Source: a virus
Reading direction: 5' to 3' (one strand)
Length of the DNA stretch: 64,000 bases
Virus record (IMG/VR): IMGVR_UViG_3300017956_006678
Location: 1 to 64,000 of that record
This document shows positions 8,805-17,733 of the stretch, piece by piece (the stretch's first letter is position 1; the number at the start of each line of letters is the position of its first letter). Made by a program: the position numbers and the translations under genes. The notes under the pieces were generated by a model. The model saw only the letters and a list, made by a program, of their open reading frames with translations, was not told the DNA's origin and ran no database searches.

Positions 8805-10739
8805 ATGAGTCAGAAAAAATTTCTAGAGTTGATTAAAAATCAACGTGAAAATAGTAAAACAGAAAAATTTAAAGGAACTTTTTTAGATTATTTGGAAGTT
8901 CTAAGCGAAAATAAAAATATTGTTATGTTAGCACATAAAAGATTGCATGATACAATAGATAAACAAGGTGTTTCTACGCTTGATGTAGGCGATGAGAATT
9001 ATAGAAATTATTTCAATGGTGAAAAGATTAAAAAATATCAGTACTTTGAAAAAGAATTTTTTGGAATGGAATCTGTAATTCACAAATTAATGAGATTCTT
9101 AAAATCAGCAGCATTAAAAGGTGAAGAAAGTAGACAAGTTCTTCTTTTAATGGGACCGGTTGGTGCTGGTAAATCTGCTTTGGTTGAACATGTTAAAAGT
9201 TCTTTAGAGATGGCAGATAGAATATATCATCTTGAAGGATGTCCAGTACGTGAGGAACCTTTGCATCTTTTACCTAGAAACCTAAGGGGCCAGTTTGAAG
9301 AGATGCTAGGAATACATATAGAGGGCGATCTATGTCCTATATGTCGTCATAGATTGATGGATGAATTTAATGGTGAATACGAAAAATTTCCAATAGTTCA
9401 ATCATCATTTTCACAAAGAGGTAGAAGAGGTATCTCAGTAGTTCCGCCTATGGATGCTAATAGTCAAGATGTATCAGTCCTTATTGGTACAGAAGATATT
9501 AGTAAGCTAGATCTTTATCCTGAAGATGATCCACGTGTACTTTCACTTAATGGTGCATTTAATGTGGGTAATCGTGGAATTGTAGAATTTGTTGAAGTAT
9601 TTAAAAATGAAATTGAATTTCTACATACAATGTTGACAGCAACACAAGAAAAACGTGTACCTTCGCCAGGTAAGAATGATATGCTTTATTTTGATGGGGT
9701 TATATTATCCCATTGTAATGAATCAGAGTGGAACAGATTTAAAGCAGAACACACTAATGAGGCTATTTTGGACAGGGTTTTAAAGATAGAAGTTCCCTAT
9801 GTTCTAGAATTAGATCAGGAGATGAAAATTTATCAAAAAATGATTAATCGATCTGATTTTAAGTCGGCTCATATTGCTCCCCACACTATTAAAATCGCAT
9901 CTATGTTTAGTATCATGAGTCGACTTAAACCCTCTGCTAAGTGTGATCTTCTTACCAAGCTTAAGATATACAATGGTGAAAGTGTTATAGAAAAAGGAAG
10001 AGTTAAAAATATTGATATTAAAGATTTGCGTGAAGAAGCAAGACGTGAAGGTATGGAAGGTATATCTACAAGATTCATTATGAAGTCACTAGATCGTGCA
10101 TTATCAGACTCAGATAAAAATATGATCACTCCTATTAATGCTATTGATAGTTTGGTAAAACAAGTTAAAGAACAAATTATTGATGATAATACACGTGAGC
10201 ATTATTTAGAAATACTACAAGATATTATCAGAGAAGAGTATCTTAGAATACTTGAAACAGAAATTGCTAAGGCATTTATCACTGCTTACGAAGAACAAGC
10301 ACAGTCGTTATTTGATTCTTATCTAGATAATGCAGAATCTTATACAACTAGATCTAAAGTAAAAGATAAAATTACTCGAGAAGAAAGAGAACCTGATGAA
10401 AAATTCATGAAGTCAATTGAAGAAATGATTGGTGTTGTAGGTTCTGCAAAAGATGGATTTAGAAATGATGTTACAGCTTATATGTTTGCTAAATTAAGAA
10501 AACAAGAAACTGTTGATTATCGATCTTATGGGCCTCTTAAAGAAGCAATAGAACAATATTTGATAACTTCAGTAAAAGATATATCGCGTATTGTTACCAA
10601 GTCAAAGTCTAGAGACGACAAACAAAAGAAAAAATATTCAAATATGATTGAAACGCTTATTGAAGAATACGGTTATAATGAAAATAGTGCAGAAGAAATT
10701 TTAACTTATGCAGCTAATAATCTTTGGAGAGACTCATAG
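8805..10739 (+). CDS. prkA: PrkA/YeaG family AAA+ ATPase / atypical serine protein kinase
   Basis: Walker A GPVGAGKS, CPVREEPL, NRGIVEFVEVFK, LTATQE, NEAILDR, HIAPHT and EGMEGISTRF motifs; 644 aa. Confidence 0.95.
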   Translation: MSQKKFLELIKNQRENSKTEKFKGTFLDYLEVLSENKNIVMLAHKRLHDTIDKQGVSTLDVGDENYRNYFNGEKIKKYQYFEKEFFGMESVIHKLMRFLKSAALKGEESRQVLLLMGPVGAGKSALVEHVKSSLEMADRIYHLEGCPVREEPLHLLPRNLRGQFEEMLGIHIEGDLCPICRHRLMDEFNGEYEKFPIVQSSFSQRGRRGISVVPPMDANSQDVSVLIGTEDISKLDLYPEDDPRVLSLNGAFNVGNRGIVEFVEVFKNEIEFLHTMLTATQEKRVPSPGKNDMLYFDGVILSHCNESEWNRFKAEHTNEAILDRVLKIEVPYVLELDQEMKIYQKMINRSDFKSAHIAPHTIKIASMFSIMSRLKPSAKCDLLTKLKIYNGESVIEKGRVKNIDIKDLREEARREGMEGISTRFIMKSLDRALSDSDKNMITPINAIDSLVKQVKEQIIDDNTREHYLEILQDIIREEYLRILETEIAKAFITAYEEQAQSLFDSYLDNAESYTTRSKVKDKITREEREPDEKFMKSIEEMIGVVGSAKDGFRNDVTAYMFAKLRKQETVDYRSYGPLKEAIEQYLITSVKDISRIVTKSKSRDDKQKKKYSNMIETLIEEYGYNENSAEEILTYAANNLWRDS

Positions 10740-10743
10740 GATT

Positions 10744-12030
10744 ATGAATAATAGCGAAAAATACATTGATTTAATTAAAGAAAATTCGCTTAAAAATTCA
10801 TTTGTGAAGAATATCAGTGAGTTTAAGAATAATCATCTAAATAAAGTAACACTTTATGATAACGTAGATATTAAAAATAACTCACTGAACTTTTTTAACT
10901 ATAAGTTTGATGATAATTCTAAGACCCTTAAAAGAGTAATAGACTATGAACTTGCAAGAATAGAATTAAATTCTAAAGATTTAGGTTCACTATTAACCGA
11001 GTGGCTAGTTGATTTTTATGTAAAACACCCATATCAGGCTTATGCTTTAGATAGAGAAGTATGTAAAGATTTTATAACAGAAAATATTTTAAATAAGTTG
11101 AATAATTTAGTAGAAAGACCGAATAAAAATCATTTAAATGAAATAATAAAAAATATTGAAAGTAAAAAAAATAAAAACATTATTAAGAGTTTAATTAAAA
11201 ATATTGACGCAGATGACACTGTTTTTGTAAAAGAATCATTCAATGAAAAAACTTTTATTAAAAAAACAGATCAAATTAAATTTAATTTTGAATTTGACAA
11301 TTCTTTTTTACTTGACAAAAAAGAATGGCATGCAGAAAATTACAAATATATTATTATAGATGGGTTTATTGACTCTGTAGGTGAAATACATCACCTACTT
11401 CAAAAGTCTTATGAAGATAAAGAATGTTATGTTGTTTTTTGCAAGGGAATGCATGAAGAAGTTAAGGCAACAATACTTCAGAATCTTAAAAGAAAAACAA
11501 TCAATGTTATGCCTGTTTCTCTAAAAGTAAATGAAGAAAATGTGAATATTCTAAATGATATTGCTGCATGTCACGATAATGATATTATATCTGCACACAA
11601 AGGAGATGTAATATCAATTGCAGTAAAAAGAGAGCTTAAGAGAGGTAAGCGAATAACTATTGATAGTGATGGTATTGTATTACAATATAAAGACAAAAGA
11701 TTGAAAGATAAACAATTAGAATATTTAACCCAAAAAGTAAACGATACAATAATTGGTGATCCTAATATTGATTATTTAAATAAGAGAATTAAAAATTTAA
11801 ATTCTAAAAAAGTTGAAATTTTTTTAGATTCAAGATTTACTAAAAGAGAAAGAACAGAATTGGATGCTTATTTAAGATCTATAAACTATATTAAATCAGG
11901 AGCAGTATTTTTTAAAGATAATAAAAGAATATTAAATTATAGAGAATTGATTGTAGGAATAGTAAAGTTTACAAGTTTAATAAAGACAATAGAAAGTTTT
12001 GGTTGTGCTTTAGTTGAGGAAAATAAATGA
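10744..12030 (+). CDS. Divergent GroEL/Cpn60-like protein, probably lacking the ATP-binding motif
   Basis: IIIDGFIDSVGEIHHLLQKSYEDKECYVVFCKGMHEEVKATILQNLKRKTINVMPV...LNDIAA and YLNKRIKNL resemble the GroEL apical/intermediate region; no GDGTTT; ATG at 10744 preferred. Confidence 0.65.
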   Translation: MNNSEKYIDLIKENSLKNSFVKNISEFKNNHLNKVTLYDNVDIKNNSLNFFNYKFDDNSKTLKRVIDYELARIELNSKDLGSLLTEWLVDFYVKHPYQAYALDREVCKDFITENILNKLNNLVERPNKNHLNEIIKNIESKKNKNIIKSLIKNIDADDTVFVKESFNEKTFIKKTDQIKFNFEFDNSFLLDKKEWHAENYKYIIIDGFIDSVGEIHHLLQKSYEDKECYVVFCKGMHEEVKATILQNLKRKTINVMPVSLKVNEENVNILNDIAACHDNDIISAHKGDVISIAVKRELKRGKRITIDSDGIVLQYKDKRLKDKQLEYLTQKVNDTIIGDPNIDYLNKRIKNLNSKKVEIFLDSRFTKRERTELDAYLRSINYIKSGAVFFKDNKRILNYRELIVGIVKFTSLIKTIESFGCALVEENK

Positions 12031-12524
12031 AAGTTTTAAATAGTGTTAAGCATTTATTGGAATGTCATTGTACTCTTAAAATATATGAAAATAAAGATAA
12101 AAATTTAGATAATCATTTATTTCACAAATTTCCTGTGTATTCTAAATACGACAATGAAACAGGGAAGTTTATAGAGAAAATAGTACAATGTAATAATTGT
12201 CAAACATTGCATAAAGTTATTGATGTTTGTAAATCTGAAATCATTCCAGGAGGAAAAGATACAGATATGACGCTATCAACTATAGAAGATATGGAACTTC
12301 AACTACCGAGTAAATTATATAATTTTCTTGTAGGTCAAAATACTGATATAACAACTTTTGAACATGCATTAGATGTTATTGATAATGAATGTTGGGGATC
12401 TCAAATAGTAATTGCTAGAGAATTAATCGATTTTAAATATCACATTAAAGTTTTAGAAATTAATGGCGAAAACAAATTTAAAATTATTAAAAAAGTCATT
12501 GAAGATGAAATTAACTTAGGATAA
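12027..12524 (+). CDS. Hypothetical putative zinc-binding protein
   Basis: ECHC and QCNNCQTLH motifs; ATGA-coupled to the GroEL-like gene. Confidence 0.6.
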   Translation: MKVLNSVKHLLECHCTLKIYENKDKNLDNHLFHKFPVYSKYDNETGKFIEKIVQCNNCQTLHKVIDVCKSEIIPGGKDTDMTLSTIEDMELQLPSKLYNFLVGQNTDITTFEHALDVIDNECWGSQIVIARELIDFKYHIKVLEINGENKFKIIKKVIEDEINLG

Positions 12525-12528
12525 AGAA

Positions 12529-12807
12529 ATGAATATAGGAAAAACAGATACAGAACTAGAAGTCGATAAAATGATTGAATGTCGACAAATAGTAAAAAAT
12601 CTCATAAAATTTGGTCTATCTGAAAAACAGAAAGTACAAATCATGAGATTGTTAGCAATAGAGTTAGAATCTAGAGATGCTATGAATATTATCATAGAAG
12701 CTGTAGAAAAAATCAAATCTTTAGACGAAAATGTTAAATTTAGTTTAACAGAAGATAAAATTGATTATAATAATAATAAGCAAAGTAAAAAGCTTTTAGA
12801 CATCTAA
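12529..12807 (+). CDS. Hypothetical protein
   Basis: 92 aa ORF within the operon, AGGA SD. Confidence 0.6.
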   Translation: MNIGKTDTELEVDKMIECRQIVKNLIKFGLSEKQKVQIMRLLAIELESRDAMNIIIEAVEKIKSLDENVKFSLTEDKIDYNNNKQSKKLLDI

Positions 12808-12825
12808 AACACATTGGAGGATAAT

Positions 12826-13026
12826 ATGTCAGAAGTAAGAAGTGATTTGGAACAAAAATGGCAAGAACTTAAAGTACTTATTGAAACACTTGAAGTTGAT
12901 ATTCAAAAAAATATTAAAGGAAATAAATCAGCAGGTGTTCGAGCACGTAAAGGTCTTAGACTACTAAAAACAAATGCCAGTGATATTGTTAAAGTATCAC
13001 TAGCAGCTGATAAAGATTCTGAATAA
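12826..13026 (+). CDS. Histone H1-like Hc1 family nucleoid protein (N-terminal domain only)
   Basis: KGNKSAGVRARKGLRLLK signature of the Hc1 family; GGAGG SD before ATG 12826. Confidence 0.75.
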   Translation: MSEVRSDLEQKWQELKVLIETLEVDIQKNIKGNKSAGVRARKGLRLLKTNASDIVKVSLAADKDSE

Positions 13027-13049
13027 TAAAATAAGATTTAATCTTAAAT

Positions 13050-13289
13050 TTAATTAAGAGAGAGTGATTCTGTTACTCTCTTTTTTATTTTTTCGATAAT
13101 CTTTTTTTCTATTTGACAGACTCTCATTCTTGTTATATTATAAATCTCTCCGATGTCTTGAAGAGTTTTATTACCTGAATTAGAAGCGGCAACACAACAA
13201 TTGCCGTCATTTTTTGAATTAATCCAGTACCTGCATTTTTTTTGTTGACAGGTTTTACTTTGTTTATTATAAAATTCGTAACACTTCAT
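13050..13289 (-). CDS. Stand-alone sigma70 region-4 HTH protein with Cys-rich N-terminus
   Basis: TLQDIGEIYNITRMRVCQIEKK matches sigma70 region 4.2 (TLEEVG..F.VTRERIRQIE.K); five N-terminal Cys. Confidence 0.8.
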   Translation of the reverse strand: MKCYEFYNKQSKTCQQKKCRYWINSKNDGNCCVAASNSGNKTLQDIGEIYNITRMRVCQIEKKIIEKIKKRVTESLSLN

Positions 13290-13313
13290 ATTTATATTCG
13301 TCTCCTATATCAT

Positions 13314-13342
13314 ATATTAAATAGTGTAGACATAAATTACAA
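13314..13342 (-). promoter_or_regulatory. Putative promoter TTGTAA-17bp-TAATAT
   Basis: Minus-strand TTGTAA at 13342-13337, 17 nt spacer, TAATAT at 13319-13314, then an AGGAG SD for the sigma4 gene. Confidence 0.5.
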
Positions 13343-13356
13343 AATTTGGAGTAAAT

Positions 13357-14670
13357 GTGCGTAAAACTTTTATACTTGACACGAGCGTCCTCTTATACGA
13401 TAAAACATCAATTCATTCTTTTCCAGAAAATGATGTTGTATTACCTATAGTTTCATTAGACGAATTAGATAGATTTAAGTCTAAGAAAGGAATTATAGGA
13501 GAAAATGCAAGATATGTCAATAGATACTTAGATGATTTGAGAAAAGAAGGTGGGTCAATACACGAAGGTGTTGAATTAGAAAATGGTCAGACAATAAGAG
13601 TTGCGCTAGAAGGTTATTCTGACATTCCTAACGGTCTTAATGGTGATGATGCTGATAATAAGATGATAGCGCTAGCTAAAAAAATGACTTTAGAATCTGA
13701 CAAGTCTGTAGTTATGATTACAAAAGACATTAATTTTAGAGTTAAATGTGATGCTGTAGGTGTTAAATCTGAAGATTATTACAAGGATCAGATTATTGAT
13801 GACAATGATAAATCTTACAAGGGTTTTGTTGAATTAGATCTAGGACAAGACTTAAGTCACTTAATTGATATGCTTTATAATGAAGAGGATGATTTAACAC
13901 AAGACATTGAAGACTTAATTGGTAGAAAAACCTTTCCTAATGAATTTATATGTCTTAAATCAGGAAGTCAATCCATTTTAGCACAAAATAAAAGAGGAAT
14001 CATTAAAAAAATGGAAAAGCTTTCATTAGAAGACTTTATGGGAATCAAAGCAAGAAATAGAGAGCAGAGTTTTGCTTTAAATCTTTTGCTTGATGACAAC
14101 GTTCCTTTGGTTTCTTTGACCGGTATTGCTGGGTCTGGTAAAACTTTTTTAACATTAATGGCGGGAATCGAGGGTATAAATAAAGGAAAATACAAAAGAA
14201 TCGTAATTACACGTAATATTCAACCTGTAGGTAGGGATATTGGTTTTTTGCCAGGTGATGCTGATGATAAAATGTTACCTTGGATTGCACCAATTATGGA
14301 TAATTTTAGACAAGGTATGAAAGATAAAGACTTGTCTTATTTTGAAGCAATGAGAAGAACTGGTCAAATAGAAATTGCACCATTAGCTTTTATGAGAGGA
14401 AGAACATTTTCTGAAACATTTTTAATTATAGATGAATCTCAAAATAGTTCTATTCATGAACTAAAAACAGTCATAACAAGAATTGGAGAAGATTCAAAGG
14501 TAATTCTTCTTGGTGATACAGATCAAGTTGATACTCCTTATATTGATTCACTCTCAAACGGTTTGACCATAGTTTCAGAAAAATTTAAAGATCAAGAAAT
14601 GGCAGGACATATCCAGCTTCAAAAAGGTGAAAGATCTAAATTGTCATTTTTGGCATCAAAAATACTTTAA
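13357..14670 (+). CDS. phoH: PIN-PhoH (PhoH2-type) protein
   Basis: N-terminal PIN (ILDTSVLL, ELD, DADNKM, TKDINFR) plus PhoH ATPase (GIAGSGKT, FMRGRTF, IIDESQN, GDTDQ). Confidence 0.93.
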   Translation: MRKTFILDTSVLLYDKTSIHSFPENDVVLPIVSLDELDRFKSKKGIIGENARYVNRYLDDLRKEGGSIHEGVELENGQTIRVALEGYSDIPNGLNGDDADNKMIALAKKMTLESDKSVVMITKDINFRVKCDAVGVKSEDYYKDQIIDDNDKSYKGFVELDLGQDLSHLIDMLYNEEDDLTQDIEDLIGRKTFPNEFICLKSGSQSILAQNKRGIIKKMEKLSLEDFMGIKARNREQSFALNLLLDDNVPLVSLTGIAGSGKTFLTLMAGIEGINKGKYKRIVITRNIQPVGRDIGFLPGDADDKMLPWIAPIMDNFRQGMKDKDLSYFEAMRRTGQIEIAPLAFMRGRTFSETFLIIDESQNSSIHELKTVITRIGEDSKVILLGDTDQVDTPYIDSLSNGLTIVSEKFKDQEMAGHIQLQKGERSKLSFLASKIL

Positions 14671-14721
14671 AGTTTTATTAATGATTGTTGAGCAGTATTA
14701 TTATCTCAAAAAGAGGTGATA

Positions 14722-16635
14722 ATGTTTAACAAAAATATATTTGATACTAAACAAGACAATAATCAATTAATTTTAAATTCTGATATTGTTGTAGTTTCTG
14801 ACTTATACGCTGATGAATATCTTGGAGGTGCTGAATTAACTTCTGAGGTATTCATCAATTCTTTAATTGATGCAGGTTATAAAGTTTGTAAAATTAAAAG
14901 CAATGAATTGGATATGAAAAATATTGAAACAGGAGAAATGAAAAGTTGGATATTTTTTAATTACTCTGCAATCAATATGAATTTAATACCTACAATTGTA
15001 GCAAATGTGAATTATTCAATTGTAGAATACGATTATAAATTTTGTCAATATAGATCAACAGAAAAACATAAAGAAGTAGAAAATAATGATTGTGATTGTC
15101 ATGAAAAACCATTAGGTAAATTAATATCTGCATTTATGTTTGGAGCAAAAAATTTAATGTGGATGTCAGAAGGGCAAAGAGACTTTTACATTCAACGCTT
15201 TCCTTTTCTCAAAAGTAAAGATAACTACATAATAAGCTCAGCGTTTACAGATAAAACATTTAAAAATTTAAGTGAAAATAGAAAAAATAAAAAAAGAAAT
15301 GACAAAGCACTGATAATACAGTCTAATTCGTGGATTAAAGGCGTAGAAGATTCTATAGAATATTGTAAATCAAAAAATATTAAATACGATCTAATCGGTA
15401 ATGTTTCACATTCTGAAATAATAAAGGCGATGAGCGAATATTCTCATTTTGTTTTTATGCCTAAAGGTAAAGACACATGTCCTAGAATCTTAATAGAAGC
15501 AAAATTATCAGGAATGCATATTCATACCAATAATAATTGTCAACACACATCAGAAAAATGGTGGAGTTATAATCTAGAAGAAATAGAATCATATCTTAAA
15601 AATTCTAAAAAAAGATTCTTAAATGCTATAGATCATCAAATTAAAAAAATAGAAACAATTAGCGGTTACACAACAACAAAAGATTGTATATCACAAGAAT
15701 ATCCATACATCCAAGCAATTAAATCAATGTTAAATTTTTGTGATCAAGTAGTTGTTGTTGATGGAGGTTCTACAGATGGGACGTGGGAGTCACTGGTTGA
15801 ACTTTCTAAAAAAGATGATAGAATTATCATTGAACAAAAGAAAAGGGACTGGTCACATCCACGTTTTGCCGTATTTGATGGTTTGCAAAAGGCTTATGCA
15901 AGAAGTTTATGTACTAGTGATTGGTGCTGGCAAATGGATTCAGATGAAATCGTTCATGAGGAAGATTATGAAAAAATTAAACAATTGATTAAGCGTATTC
16001 CTAAATCGATGCATTTACTGGCATTACCTGTAATAGAATATTGGGGTGGGTCTGAAAAAGTAAGAATTGATGTCAATCCTTGGAAATGGAGATTGAGTAG
16101 AAATCATAAACATATAACACACGGTATACCTAAACAGCTTAGAGCTGAGGATGAAAATGGAGATCTTTACGCTTTACAGGGAACAGATGGTTGTGATTAT
16201 ATTGATGCTAATTCATATGAAATAATACCTTGTATGAATTTTTATGATCAAAATATTCATAATTTAAGGATACAAGCATTATCAGGTAATGAAGACGCAG
16301 TTGAAGCTTATGAAAATTGGTTTAATAATTTAGTAGAAAATTTACCTGGCGTTCATCATTATAGCTGGATGGATTTAGAAAGAAAAATTAAAACATATAA
16401 GAATTATTGGTCTAAGCATTGGCAAAGTATGTATAATATATCTCAAGAAGATACGCCTGAAAACAATATGTTTTTTAATAAGAAATGGGAAGATGTTACA
16501 GATGAAGAAATAAAAGATCTTGCAAAAAAATTAAAAGATAAAATGGGAGGATGGATATTTCATAATCGCGTTGATTTTGAAAAACCTACACCTCATGTTT
16601 ATATTGAAAGAGGTGAACCTGAGGTGATGAAATAA
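14722..16635 (+). CDS. Two-domain glycosyltransferase (GT-B/GT4-like fused to GT-A/GT2-like)
   Basis: N-half: GGAE and DTCPRILIEAKLSG; C-half: VVVDGGSTDGT and QMDSDE (DxD); GAGGTG SD before ATG 14722. Confidence 0.85.
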   Translation: MFNKNIFDTKQDNNQLILNSDIVVVSDLYADEYLGGAELTSEVFINSLIDAGYKVCKIKSNELDMKNIETGEMKSWIFFNYSAINMNLIPTIVANVNYSIVEYDYKFCQYRSTEKHKEVENNDCDCHEKPLGKLISAFMFGAKNLMWMSEGQRDFYIQRFPFLKSKDNYIISSAFTDKTFKNLSENRKNKKRNDKALIIQSNSWIKGVEDSIEYCKSKNIKYDLIGNVSHSEIIKAMSEYSHFVFMPKGKDTCPRILIEAKLSGMHIHTNNNCQHTSEKWWSYNLEEIESYLKNSKKRFLNAIDHQIKKIETISGYTTTKDCISQEYPYIQAIKSMLNFCDQVVVVDGGSTDGTWESLVELSKKDDRIIIEQKKRDWSHPRFAVFDGLQKAYARSLCTSDWCWQMDSDEIVHEEDYEKIKQLIKRIPKSMHLLALPVIEYWGGSEKVRIDVNPWKWRLSRNHKHITHGIPKQLRAEDENGDLYALQGTDGCDYIDANSYEIIPCMNFYDQNIHNLRIQALSGNEDAVEAYENWFNNLVENLPGVHHYSWMDLERKIKTYKNYWSKHWQSMYNISQEDTPENNMFFNKKWEDVTDEEIKDLAKKLKDKMGGWIFHNRVDFEKPTPHVYIERGEPEVMK

Positions 16636-17375
16636 TGGAAGAAACCAGATTTGTATTTTTAATACCTGCATATAATTGTGAAAAAGAAATTAAACAAACA
16701 TTAATGTCTGTGTTTGCACAATCTTATCAAAATTGGAGAGTAATTCTTATTGATGATGTGTCTACAGATAATACATTACAATTCTCAAAAAATTTGGTCG
16801 AATCGCTTTGTTGTAGAGAAAAATTTATATTTGTTAGAAGAGAAGAAAAATATGGAGAAGTGAGAAATACAGTTGAAGAAATAGAATATATCGATAATGA
16901 TGAAGTTGTTGTTAGGCTAGATGCTGGAGATTGGTTGACAGAAAATGACACTTTGTATTATTTAGATAAGATATATAGTGAACATAATCCTGCTGTTTGT
17001 TGGACTGCACAAAGATGGGCTTATACAAACTATGGAATATCAAAACAAATGAAACTACAACCAAATCAGAGCGTCTATCAGCATCCCTGGGTATCTAGTC
17101 ATTTAAAAACTTTTAGAGCTTCTGCACTTAAAAAGGTGAATCCTAAAAATTTTTATGACGACGATGGAAATTGGATTATGATTGCATGTGATCAGGCAGT
17201 TTTCTTGCCAATGATGCATTTAGCTATAAAAGAAAAATTACCTCTTGTATTTCTTCCAATCGTGTGTTACCATTATAATATTGATCTAGAAAGGCCAGAA
17301 CTTTTTACTGAAGATCGATCGATAAAACAAAAGCAAAGTGCTGAATGGATAAGAGAGAGGGGATATGTTGAGTGA
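16635..17375 (+). CDS. GT2 family glycosyltransferase
   Basis: IPAYNCE, AQSYQNW, IDDVSTD, RLDAGD. Confidence 0.9.
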   Translation: MEETRFVFLIPAYNCEKEIKQTLMSVFAQSYQNWRVILIDDVSTDNTLQFSKNLVESLCCREKFIFVRREEKYGEVRNTVEEIEYIDNDEVVVRLDAGDWLTENDTLYYLDKIYSEHNPAVCWTAQRWAYTNYGISKQMKLQPNQSVYQHPWVSSHLKTFRASALKKVNPKNFYDDDGNWIMIACDQAVFLPMMHLAIKEKLPLVFLPIVCYHYNIDLERPELFTEDRSIKQKQSAEWIRERGYVE

Positions 17376-17733
17376 AACAGGTAAACATATAAGTGAATGT
17401 GAGAAAGTAGATAAACCTTGGGGTTACGAGGTAATTTGGGCAAAAACAAAAGATTATGTTGCAAAAATGATGAGTATTAGCCCAAACCAAAGAATGAGTT
17501 TGCAATATCATAACAAAAAAGAAGAAACACTATATGTAATGTCAGGTGTTTTAATATTGTGGGAAGGTGAAGAGGAAAATGGCTTTAAGCATTTACCTCC
17601 AGGATCTGTGTATCACGTCAATCCTAAACAAATACATAGGTTTGGTGCTGGCTCGAGCCCAGTTATGCTAATTGAAGTTAGTACAAATCACCTTGATGAT
17701 GTTGTTAGAATTAAGGATGATTACGATAGATGA
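17365..17733 (+). CDS. Cupin, mannose-6-phosphate isomerase (type II C-terminal)-like
   Basis: KPWG, SLQYH..KEE, HRF and IEVST...DDVVRI.DDYDR motifs. Confidence 0.8.
   Translation: MLSETGKHISECEKVDKPWGYEVIWAKTKDYVAKMMSISPNQRMSLQYHNKKEETLYVMSGVLILWEGEEENGFKHLPPGSVYHVNPKQIHRFGAGSSPVMLIEVSTNHLDDVVRIKDDYDR

Noticed and set aside
6285-10739. Reading spoVR/prkA as proof of a spore-forming host
   Set aside because: The module is widespread in non-sporulating bacteria and archaea, so the host cannot be inferred from it.
13030-13048. TAAGATT-T-AATCTTA palindrome between convergent genes as a terminator
   Set aside because: The stem is almost all A/T, the loop is too small and there is no clear U-tract, so it is too weak to call.
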